Below are positions 52,526 through 61,545 of a DNA stretch of 64,000 bases, piece by piece. Origin of the DNA: a virus; the IMG/VR virus record IMGVR_UViG_3300022743_000004, positions 3,793-67,792 of that record. One strand, 5' to 3'. A program made the translations under genes and the position numbers. Below the pieces are notes generated by a model, which worked only from the letters and a program-made list of their open reading frames with translations, was not told the DNA's origin and did no database searches. Position 1 is the first letter of the stretch. The number at the start of each line of letters is the position of its first letter.

Positions 52526-54067
52526 GTGGCAGCGTTTCAAAGTGATGCGTTTCAAAACAATGCGTTTGACGCATCGGCTGCTGCAGGTGTAACGACCCTC
52601 GCATCTACGTCAACCGCTACGTCAACTGCCACGGGTGCCCTGGAGGTAAGCCACTCCGTCGCTGCCGCAGCTTCTGCGGCAGCGACAGCTTCTGCGGCGC
52701 TCGCAGTCGGCAAGCCGCTGGCTGCGGCCCCAACTGCATCCTCCGCTGCGGCAGCGGACCTGAGCGTCACGGCGCCCTCCGGGGCCAGCGTCACCCTGGC
52801 CGCTACTGCGCAGACCGTTTCCACTGCTACCGCCGCCCTCAGCTTGTCCGTACCACTGTCCGCTGCTCCGGTAGGGCAGGCGACGGCAACGGGCGCAGTA
52901 GATGTAGTTGCCACGCTTGCTGGTGCAGCGGTTGCGTCATCAACTGCTGCCGCCACCCTGACGCACGGTGTGCCCCTCAACGGTGCGGCTGCAGCGCAAT
53001 CTGCCGCCGCAGGCACCGCCGCGCTGAGCAACACATTGGCCTCAGCGGCTACGGCTACATCCACTGCTTCCGCTACCCTCAACACAGCGGCTGGCGGAAC
53101 AAACGTACCGTTAGCCGCAGCCGCCGTCTCCAGCGCTACTGCATCAGCCACCTTGTCGCTGGGCGTCACGCTCGCAGCAGCATCCGCAGCAGCAGCGTCG
53201 GGCTCCGCTACCCTCGCGCTGTCGCACGCGCTTTCCAGCGCCGCTGCGGCTACCGGCACCGCCACGGGCACCCTTGCGCTGGCCACCCCACTGGCTGCGG
53301 CGTCAGCAGTGTCTGCTACAGTTTCAGGAGCACTGAGCCTAGTAAAGACGCTTGCCGGAGCGGCTTCTGCCTCAGCCACTGCGGCAGGCACTCTCAGCAC
53401 TGCCTCTGTCAGCGCGTTGTCGGGAAACGCCGCTGCATCCGCTACCGCCTCAGCCACCCTCAGTGTGGCAAAGCCGCTGGCCGCTTCCGCTACTGCGTCT
53501 GCCACCGCCGCCGCCACTGTGCAGCTCAGCGTCGCTTTGGCAGGTGCTGCCTCGGGCACAGCCACGGCGTCCGGCTCAGCGCAGCGTGGGGTTCAGCTCA
53601 GCGCGTCGTCTGTCTCTACCGCGTCCGCGTCCGGCACGCTCACGACCGCTGCTACGAACACCATGTCGGCTGCGCCCGTGGCGACAAGCACGGCGACAGC
53701 TACGCTCTCGGTGGGCAAGCCCCTCGCAGGTGCTTCCGCCGCACAGGCCTCGGGCGCTGCCTCCTTGCGCCAGTCCATCACCCTGTCTGCCATTGCCGCC
53801 GCACAAGCGTCCTCTGCTGCGTCCCTCGCGTCAGGGTTTGCGTACCCAGACCCGCGCCGCACGGCCGTTGTGCCGAGTGAAGTGCGTAGCACAGGCGTCA
53901 GCGCCGACGTACGGACGACGACAGTGGCAGCAGAGTCCCGCACCCTTTCCGTTCCAGCGTCGGCAGGTACTTATGTTGGTGGGCAACTGCGCTCCGTCGT
54001 CGTCGGTCCTGATGACCGCTCTGTAGCTGTACAAGCCCGTGCCGAGGGCGTGACGCTCTCGGCGTAA
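52526..54067 (+). CDS. Ala/Ser/Thr-rich repetitive fibre protein
   Basis: About 19-20 aa repeats like LAAAASAAATASATLSV. Confidence 0.75.
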   Translation: MAAFQSDAFQNNAFDASAAAGVTTLASTSTATSTATGALEVSHSVAAAASAAATASAALAVGKPLAAAPTASSAAAADLSVTAPSGASVTLAATAQTVSTATAALSLSVPLSAAPVGQATATGAVDVVATLAGAAVASSTAAATLTHGVPLNGAAAAQSAAAGTAALSNTLASAATATSTASATLNTAAGGTNVPLAAAAVSSATASATLSLGVTLAAASAAAASGSATLALSHALSSAAAATGTATGTLALATPLAAASAVSATVSGALSLVKTLAGAASASATAAGTLSTASVSALSGNAAASATASATLSVAKPLAASATASATAAATVQLSVALAGAASGTATASGSAQRGVQLSASSVSTASASGTLTTAATNTMSAAPVATSTATATLSVGKPLAGASAAQASGAASLRQSITLSAIAAAQASSAASLASGFAYPDPRRTAVVPSEVRSTGVSADVRTTTVAAESRTLSVPASAGTYVGGQLRSVVVGPDDRSVAVQARAEGVTLSA

Positions 54068-54095
54068 TCTATTATCTAAGTTAGAATCGCACCCC

Positions 54096-55250
54096 ATGGA
54101 CATCCGCGCTTTCAAAGGTTTGAACAACGCGACGGACCCCCTACGGGTAGGTCTGGGTTGGCTCACGAGTGCGAACAACATCAACGTTACCGACACTGGT
54201 GGGATCGCTGTGCGTGACGGCTACTCCCGCGTGTCCTCAGCCCCAGTCTCTGCCGCGTACTCTACGTTAGATTTCCAGCGCATGTACCTCGTGAGCAGCG
54301 GGGCGCTCAAGACTTTCGATGGTGCGACCCTGCGCTCCGGCCTCTCTGTTGGGGAGATGTACTGGGCCGAGGTGAACGGTCAGGTCTACTTCAACAACGG
54401 CACCGACGCGGGCGTGATTGAGCCCGACAACCGCCTGATGGACTTGCGCTGGCCAGTGCCCGCCGAACCCACAGTCACCGCCATTACTGGCAACAGTGCC
54501 CCAGGCACGTACACCGTGTGCCTGACCACGATGCTGCCTGACGGACGCGAGACTGGTACGGGTGAGCATGTCACCTTCAGCTTGGTTGAAGGGCAGGGCG
54601 TCCAGCTCTCTGGCATCCAGCCGCCAGCCGGTTGCGTGACCAACGTGTACCTCGCTCCGGCCAACAGCGGCGTATTCCAGCTCGCCGTCAGCACCGCTGC
54701 CAACGCGTTCACCCTCGCCACGACCAACCCTGACTTCCTCGGACGTGAGCTGCAGACCGCGTTCATGGACCCGCTGCCCACGGACACCAGCGTCATCCAG
54801 TTCTGGAAGGCGAGGCTCTATGCGGCCCAGCACATGCCTGCGCAAGACCAGACTGTGATCTGGTTCTCTGAGGCGCTGGGCTACCACCTGTTCAACCTGA
54901 ACAGCAACTACTTCATTGTTCCAGGCAAGGTGCTGATGCTGGCACCGCATGACGACGGCCTGATTATCGGTACAGACCGACGCATATACCTGTACTCAGG
55001 TGACAAGCTCGTCGAGCTTGCCGACTACGGCGTGGTTCCAGGCCAGCACTGGGCCAACGACGACAAGCGGATCATTTTCTGGTCATTGCGCGGAGTGTGT
55101 GCAGCACTCCCGTTCACGAATCTCACTGAGCGCCAAGTGAGTGTCGCCCCCGGAGTGCAAGCGGGTGGAACCATCGTACGCACCGACGGGCAGAAACGCT
55201 ACGTCGTTGCACTCCATCAAGGCGGCGCTGCCTTCAACAAGTTCAACTAA
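54096..55250 (+). CDS. Tail nozzle/tube-like virion protein
   Basis: F.GLNN, A.NI......G....R.G N-terminus; beta-propeller-like; position. Confidence 0.6.
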   Translation: MDIRAFKGLNNATDPLRVGLGWLTSANNINVTDTGGIAVRDGYSRVSSAPVSAAYSTLDFQRMYLVSSGALKTFDGATLRSGLSVGEMYWAEVNGQVYFNNGTDAGVIEPDNRLMDLRWPVPAEPTVTAITGNSAPGTYTVCLTTMLPDGRETGTGEHVTFSLVEGQGVQLSGIQPPAGCVTNVYLAPANSGVFQLAVSTAANAFTLATTNPDFLGRELQTAFMDPLPTDTSVIQFWKARLYAAQHMPAQDQTVIWFSEALGYHLFNLNSNYFIVPGKVLMLAPHDDGLIIGTDRRIYLYSGDKLVELADYGVVPGQHWANDDKRIIFWSLRGVCAALPFTNLTERQVSVAPGVQAGGTIVRTDGQKRYVVALHQGGAAFNKFN

Positions 55251-55259
55251 GGAACTACC

Positions 55260-55718
55260 ATGACTATTCGTTTCTCAACACAACTGCGTAATAACCTCGC
55301 TGGCTCAATTGGTTTCGGGGCGACCTTCGCCAACGGATACATCGAGATTTACAGCGGCTCTCAGCCAGCCACTGCAGATGCTGCAGTTACCGGGACGCTA
55401 CTCGGCACGGTGACGCTCTCATCCGGGGCCTTTACTCCGGGGGTGGCGACCAACGGTCTGACGTTTGCTGCTGCGGCAAACGGCTCTGTGTCGAAGTCAG
55501 GCGTGTGGAGTTTCAACGGTGTAGCCGCAGGCACTGCCGGATGGTTCCGCCTAAAGACGAACGCAGAGGCCGTTGGTGGTGGTATCTCGACCACGCTGGC
55601 ACGCATGGACGGCTCCATTGCTACATCCGGCGCCGACCTGAATCTGTCCAACATCGCAGTGACAGTCGGTGCACCGAACACCATCGACGCTTTCACAATG
55701 ACCATGCCCGCAGCCTAA
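55260..55718 (+). CDS. Virion structural protein
   Basis: I.IYSG.QPA.AD, GTAGWFR, R.DG. Confidence 0.65.
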   Translation: MTIRFSTQLRNNLAGSIGFGATFANGYIEIYSGSQPATADAAVTGTLLGTVTLSSGAFTPGVATNGLTFAAAANGSVSKSGVWSFNGVAAGTAGWFRLKTNAEAVGGGISTTLARMDGSIATSGADLNLSNIAVTVGAPNTIDAFTMTMPAA

Positions 55719-55724
55719 TGCTGT

Positions 55725-57911
55725 ATGGAGCACAAGCTGATTCTGGGCGGCGAGCAGTACCTCCCATTTGCCCGTAGCCGCATAAAAGCGCTACGGGCGA
55801 TGGGGCTCACCCACGCGAGTCAGCAGTTTGAGGTTGACGGGGTAAGCATCAAGGTCCGCACCGACGGCGAGCATAACTTTATCCGCATCGGGGGCGGCTC
55901 ATGTGTGTTTGGGCTGGATAACGGGGTGGTCCCTCTCGACGGGGTGAACAAAGCCTACGAGACAGCGTACGCGGCCAGCTACAACAAGCCGTTTGTGCTT
56001 GCGTCCGGCGAAAGCAAGAGCAGAACTTTCGACGGGCCAAGTGCCGGACAAATTTCAGGCTCTATAACTATGGCAGGCGGCATCAAGGGCAGAGTACCCG
56101 TTGACGCAGAGCCGAGTAAGGCCTTTTTAGATACGACCGAAGATCAGGCACAGAAGGCGCTGAAGCAGGCGACCATCGCGTCATGCCCAGCCTCTATCTT
56201 TACAGGGAAGTGCCGCCAGTACGTGCAGGCGATGTATGGCCTTCCACTGTACATCAACAGCAAAGCTGTAAAGCTCCCGCAGGTCGTGGCGGTGACTACC
56301 GCCGCTCCCGCATTACTGGTGGCCGCATATAAAAAACCCTCGGACAAAACCGAGTATCAAGATGTGATGGTCGGTACAAGCTCCGGGGTAGTGCTGAACA
56401 GCGACGGTACTCACTGGTTGATGAATTTTGTCAACTCGGACTCCATTCACATCTTCCCCTTAGTAGGGAACGAGTGTGCAGAAAAGCTGAGGAGCTACCT
56501 TGTTATAGGTAGCGACGGAAAATACCCAGAGGACTTGTCCCAGGAGGACAGGGATCACATAGAGGCGTATATCTTATCGACCTGCTTGCCCGACAGAACC
56601 CGCATGCAGACACTGAGTCTCGGTATGTCGATAGGGCAATACTCTATGGGTTACGGGTGGCACTGGAAGTTTTCATCCCCTACAGCAGACATCGTTGTAT
56701 CTGACACGTTCCTCTATGACGGATTTAACTCGGCGATGCGTTCTACCCACTACAGAGTCGATATGCGGATAGTGGACGGCGTGTGGGCTGTATCCCCCTC
56801 CATCGTAGAAGGACCTAAAGAATGGTCCGTGCTGCGGTCTGCCTGGTGCATTACAGAGCCCAACTTCGCAAAGCGGGTACTAACGAAGTCAACCCCAAAG
56901 CTCGCGGTGTCCATAGAGTGTGACGCTCCGTTTTATGCCTTCTACAAGAAAGACACTTTGACGGTGGCTCGTATCAAGGTCGTAAAAAAGAACGAGTCCG
57001 CCTACCGTACCATGACCCCAAACTTCGCCACGAGCACAGCCTTCGGTGGGGCGAACAACACGTACAGCTCGCTTGGTTTACTCGACGGGTGGCTGGAAGA
57101 TCACAGCGCTGTGAACAACAGTTATGAGGCGACGATTACCATCGGAGGGTTCTCGTCTGATCTGCTCCCATACGCACGTACCGACGTTGTTGCGCGTTCA
57201 GAAGTCGTCAATAAGCAGTGGCCTAAGCGCGAGTTTGGAAACGGATTTTATTCGGACTATGGGCAATGGCCCAACCAAAGCTACCCTGTAGGGTACCCGC
57301 TTCCCGGCGGCTCATACACCATGTCCGGTGCGGTCAACTGCAACCAAGTAAAGACTGATTGGAAGGGACTTCTCACCTACGAGCTTAACAAGTCCACGAC
57401 CACGACCGCAACTAACGGATCGGCTGCAGTGGTGATCCCGTTGTTCGACTCGGAGGCCGCTTTCTGCTGGAGCAATAAAAGCGAGAGGGACACGGGCTCA
57501 ATCACTAGGGGTACGTGGGGCGCAGGATACATAGGTGACTCACCTGTGAAGATGAATGGGGTTATCACGTATGGCGACCTCGCGTGGACTGAGTACGTTT
57601 ACTACCAATACGCTAATGCGGGCGGCGGGTACTCGCAGTCCGTAGTTGTCCCAGAGTACACGACCCCCATTGATGTCACACGCAACAACGTGAAGTCAAA
57701 GCTGGTGTGTCAAGCTGGTGTCGTAGAAGCCAAATTCACTTCGATGCAGCAGTTCTTCAATAATGACAGCGAAGAAGTCGAGCAAACTTTCCCAACATGG
57801 TCCGGCGTGAGGGTGGACGAGGAGGCAGTGGTGCTCTCCGCAAACGCTAGCGCCGCTGGCTTCCGGGCCGATGTACCTATTGACATACCCGCCGTCCTCG
57901 GCTGGGTGTAG
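55725..57911 (+). CDS. Tail protein
   Basis: 728 aa in the structural operon; beta-rich. Confidence 0.6.
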   Translation: MEHKLILGGEQYLPFARSRIKALRAMGLTHASQQFEVDGVSIKVRTDGEHNFIRIGGGSCVFGLDNGVVPLDGVNKAYETAYAASYNKPFVLASGESKSRTFDGPSAGQISGSITMAGGIKGRVPVDAEPSKAFLDTTEDQAQKALKQATIASCPASIFTGKCRQYVQAMYGLPLYINSKAVKLPQVVAVTTAAPALLVAAYKKPSDKTEYQDVMVGTSSGVVLNSDGTHWLMNFVNSDSIHIFPLVGNECAEKLRSYLVIGSDGKYPEDLSQEDRDHIEAYILSTCLPDRTRMQTLSLGMSIGQYSMGYGWHWKFSSPTADIVVSDTFLYDGFNSAMRSTHYRVDMRIVDGVWAVSPSIVEGPKEWSVLRSAWCITEPNFAKRVLTKSTPKLAVSIECDAPFYAFYKKDTLTVARIKVVKKNESAYRTMTPNFATSTAFGGANNTYSSLGLLDGWLEDHSAVNNSYEATITIGGFSSDLLPYARTDVVARSEVVNKQWPKREFGNGFYSDYGQWPNQSYPVGYPLPGGSYTMSGAVNCNQVKTDWKGLLTYELNKSTTTTATNGSAAVVIPLFDSEAAFCWSNKSERDTGSITRGTWGAGYIGDSPVKMNGVITYGDLAWTEYVYYQYANAGGGYSQSVVVPEYTTPIDVTRNNVKSKLVCQAGVVEAKFTSMQQFFNNDSEEVEQTFPTWSGVRVDEEAVVLSANASAAGFRADVPIDIPAVLGWV

Positions 57912-57919
57912 GAGTAACT

Positions 57920-59560
57920 ATGGCTGTACACAGATATTGGGGCATACGAGGTAACACCTTCTGGGGCGGAAGCAATGACTCCCAAATCCAAGAGATTGAG
58001 TTTAGGGAGACCTTCAGTGGACCAAACCTCGCTACGGTCGGCAACGGAACCGCAAGCGCGTCGCAGACCCAAGGAGGTACACCAGCAAATGCGTTTGACG
58101 GGAACACCGGGACATTCTGGTACGGAAAAGCGACACCCGTAATCATCTCGTGGGACTTCGGGGCCGGTAACGAGAAGGACATCACTTGGGTGTCCATTCG
58201 CACCCAGCCCGGAATTGGATACCCAAATAACTTCGACCTGATCTACTCAGACAACGGGTCTACATGGACCACGTTATACAACTTTAACTACCCGAACGTG
58301 AGTGCGACAATGCTCGCGTTCGGTATGGGCTCTGGCGTCGCAAACCTCACCGCACCGATGGCCTTGGTGAAAGGTTCTTCTGGAAGTTCAGCGTATCTGC
58401 AGATAGCTACTCCAGGGTTGAGCTTCTTTGGCGGCGCGAACGCGAGCCTTATCATGCCGACGCCATCGATAGCCACGCTAACCGGCGGCAGTCTTTCTGG
58501 GTACCTGCCATTGCCTTACGTGGCTGCGTATGCTGGCGGGTTCTCTGATCTAAGTGCTACCTATCCAACTCTGGTTTCCTCCGGTGGCCCCGGTGCAAAC
58601 ATCGCAAATATGTCAGCCCCGTACCCAGTCCTTGACGGATACGGAGGGGCACGAGCCATACTGCTATCACCGATGATGTCGGCGTCCGTGTCCGGGACGT
58701 TCACATCCACCGGCAATTTGGCCTCGTCGTTCCCCACCCCTACAGCCCAAGCGTCTGGGACGGTATCTGCTGTCGCAAACGCTGTGCTTTCTGCACCCGT
58801 TATGCGGGCACTCGGCTACTTTGGCGCAGTGGCTTCGGTGACGCTCTCGGGCAAGCCTACCGTCTTCGCGTCCGGCACCTCTGGCTCTGTCGGCTACGCG
58901 ACGATCACAGCCCCGTTGTTCGACCTGACTGCCAGCGCCACAGCCCGGAGCCACGGCTCTGCTATCCTCGCTGCGCCCATGCCCCGCATGGCCACGTCCG
59001 GCGCTGCATGGCTTGTCGCCCCCGGTGCTCAGCTCACAGCCATCGGCACTGCAGTCGTCGCGGTCACGTATGAGGCATATGCGCTGAACCTGAAGCACAA
59101 CCCTGCTCCCGGCCAAGAGCCGGTGGACGAGATGACGCGGTACACGAACTATCCGTTTGACCGCATCGTGCGCTACAAGAACAGCTACTTCGGCATGAAC
59201 AGCACAGGCCTGTACCTGCTCGAAGGCACCACGGACTTCGCCGAGCCGACCCCAGCGCTCGTGCAGTGGGGCTGGCGCACTGCGCTCACAGACTTCAAGT
59301 CGCCCCAGCTCAAGAAGTTGGAGGTGGTGTACTTCGGCGGGCGTATGCCTGCTGCGGCCACTGTCACCGTGGCTGTGGGTGAGTCAGGCACAGAGAGCTA
59401 CAACTACACCACGCCACGCGGGCCTACTGCACAGAACTACCGTCAGCCCTTGGGCAAAGGCATGAAGGCGCGGTACTACGCAGTCGGCGCATCAGGGGCA
59501 GGCGACCTGGCCCTGGACACGCTCACATTCAACGTCACACCACTTGCCCGGAAGGTATAA
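57920..59560 (+). CDS. Tail protein with N-terminal discoidin/F5-8C-like domain
   Basis: ASAS....ANAFDGN..TFW, DFG, P..F....S.NG.TWT. Confidence 0.65.
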   Translation: MAVHRYWGIRGNTFWGGSNDSQIQEIEFRETFSGPNLATVGNGTASASQTQGGTPANAFDGNTGTFWYGKATPVIISWDFGAGNEKDITWVSIRTQPGIGYPNNFDLIYSDNGSTWTTLYNFNYPNVSATMLAFGMGSGVANLTAPMALVKGSSGSSAYLQIATPGLSFFGGANASLIMPTPSIATLTGGSLSGYLPLPYVAAYAGGFSDLSATYPTLVSSGGPGANIANMSAPYPVLDGYGGARAILLSPMMSASVSGTFTSTGNLASSFPTPTAQASGTVSAVANAVLSAPVMRALGYFGAVASVTLSGKPTVFASGTSGSVGYATITAPLFDLTASATARSHGSAILAAPMPRMATSGAAWLVAPGAQLTAIGTAVVAVTYEAYALNLKHNPAPGQEPVDEMTRYTNYPFDRIVRYKNSYFGMNSTGLYLLEGTTDFAEPTPALVQWGWRTALTDFKSPQLKKLEVVYFGGRMPAAATVTVAVGESGTESYNYTTPRGPTAQNYRQPLGKGMKARYYAVGASGAGDLALDTLTFNVTPLARKV

Positions 59561-59563
59561 GCC

Positions 59564-61468
59564 ATGGCTACCACCAACGTCCCCAACCTGATCGCCGACG
59601 CGCGCAGCTACACCAACGGCCTTGTCGCGTCTGCGCAAGGAGCTATGACCGCTGCCAACAACAGCGTGTCTGCCATCGGGTACACCGTGCCGAACTTCCA
59701 AGCGGCCACTCTGCCCACGCCACCCACAGCCGGGATCGACGTCACGCCACCTACGCTGGCCGACATCGAGCTGGTGCTGCCTGCCGAACCAACAGGCGCG
59801 CTCGTGTTCCAGGACATCAGCCCGATTGAGGCGGGCCTTGCGCCGACCCTCACAGCGGTGCAGCCTGAACTCGTGATGCCAACTACCCCCGCGCAGGTGG
59901 CTGAGTTCCTGCAGACTGCGCCTGCCATCAACACGAACGTCGTGTTCCCCGAGCCGCCCAGCGCTCTACTGAACCCGCTGATCGACGCGCCTGTGCTGAT
60001 TGCCCACGCAGAGCCTGACAAGCCCCAGACCGTGGTGCCCGTATTTACGGCCGTAGCGCCCATCGACAACACCGTCGCGCCGACGAACATCCAGCAGAGC
60101 TTCGAGAACGCCTACGCAGGTGTGGCCCCGAGCACCATCGCCATGATGGATGGCTATGTAGACGCGATGCTGCAAAAGTACAACCCACGCTTCGCCGAGC
60201 AGATGGGCAGGCTCGAAGACCAACTGGCCAAATACCTCGACGGCGGCACCGGTCTGAACCCCGCTGTGGAGAACGCCATCTATGAGCGTGCCCGCAGCAA
60301 GAACGACGCAGAAGCCCGCCGCGTGCGCGACAGCACCATCGCCGACGCAGCCGCGCGTGGCTTCACCATCCCTACCGGCGCGATGGCCTCTGCCATCCAG
60401 CAGGCACGTCAGGCCGGTGCGGACAACAACGCCGCATCCGCCCGCGAGATCGTGGTCATGCAAGCTGAGATGGAGCAGAAGAACCTCCAGTTCGCAGTGA
60501 CCACCTCCACCGGCCTGCGCACTGCACTGCTGAACGCCACCATCAGCTACCACCAGAACCTGGTCAGCATCAACGGGCAGGCACTGGACTACGCCAAGAC
60601 AGTGATGTCCGCGATCATTGAGGTGTACAACACCGCAGTCAAGGCATTCACCGTGAAGCTGGAAGCCTACAAGGCCGAGGCCGTGGTGTATGAGACCAAG
60701 CTCAAGAGCGCCATGGCTGGCATTGAGCTGTACCGTGTCGAGATCGCAGCGCTGGAAGCCCTGACCAACGTGGACCGCGCCAAGGTGGACGTGTACCGCG
60801 CCCGCATTGAATCGCTGACCAGCTTGTCCAACGTGTACCGCGCACAGATCGAAGCAGTGCAGGGCCGTGTGGGTCTGGAGAAGTTGCGTCTCGACGTGTT
60901 CCAGAGCCAGGTACAGGCCTACGCCACCCAGGTGCAGGCCAAGAACGCCGAGTGGCAGGGGTACACCGCTGCCATCAACGGGCAGACTGCCAAGGCCCAA
61001 ATCTTCGCCACGCAGGTGCAAGCCTTCACGGCGCAGGTGGGCGGGTACAAGGCGACGATTGAAGCCAAGAGCGAGGTGGTACGCGCGGCTGCGCTGACCA
61101 ACCAAGCGCGTGCGTCCCAGTTCCAAGCCACACTGCAGGGCTACCAGACTGTGGTGCAGGCACGCGGCGAGAAAGCACGCACCCAGATTCAGGTGCAGGG
61201 CCAAGCGCTGGTCGCCTACCAAGCCAAGGTGCAGGCGTCCATCGGTAACGCCCAGGTCCAACAGACCTACTACAAGGCTATCGCTGACGTGGCCATCAGC
61301 AACGCCGGTAACAACCTGCGCGCCCAGCTCGGAGAGGTTGAGAGCAAGCGCGCGTTCGGTCAGACCGTGGCCCAGCTCGGCACAGCCAACGCACAGATTT
61401 ACGGCAGCTTGGCCGGGTCCGCGATGGCAGGCATGAACACCCTCGCGGCTGAAACCGCTGCCGCTTAA
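59564..61468 (+). CDS. Helical coiled-coil virion/ejection protein
   Basis: Pro-rich N-terminus, AARGF..P.G, long Y.A.V.A coiled coil. Confidence 0.65.
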   Translation: MATTNVPNLIADARSYTNGLVASAQGAMTAANNSVSAIGYTVPNFQAATLPTPPTAGIDVTPPTLADIELVLPAEPTGALVFQDISPIEAGLAPTLTAVQPELVMPTTPAQVAEFLQTAPAINTNVVFPEPPSALLNPLIDAPVLIAHAEPDKPQTVVPVFTAVAPIDNTVAPTNIQQSFENAYAGVAPSTIAMMDGYVDAMLQKYNPRFAEQMGRLEDQLAKYLDGGTGLNPAVENAIYERARSKNDAEARRVRDSTIADAAARGFTIPTGAMASAIQQARQAGADNNAASAREIVVMQAEMEQKNLQFAVTTSTGLRTALLNATISYHQNLVSINGQALDYAKTVMSAIIEVYNTAVKAFTVKLEAYKAEAVVYETKLKSAMAGIELYRVEIAALEALTNVDRAKVDVYRARIESLTSLSNVYRAQIEAVQGRVGLEKLRLDVFQSQVQAYATQVQAKNAEWQGYTAAINGQTAKAQIFATQVQAFTAQVGGYKATIEAKSEVVRAAALTNQARASQFQATLQGYQTVVQARGEKARTQIQVQGQALVAYQAKVQASIGNAQVQQTYYKAIADVAISNAGNNLRAQLGEVESKRAFGQTVAQLGTANAQIYGSLAGSAMAGMNTLAAETAAA

Positions 61469-61545
61469 TCGCCAGTCTAAGTTAGAATCCACCACATCCC
61501 ACCGGAGCTACGGCTAAGAAGGTGCTTCCCACTTACGGAGCACCT

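Noticed and set aside
61504-61515. GGAGCTACGGCT shared with the terminator near 38000
   Set aside because: Short match explained by a common C(UACG)G tetraloop; no extended similarity
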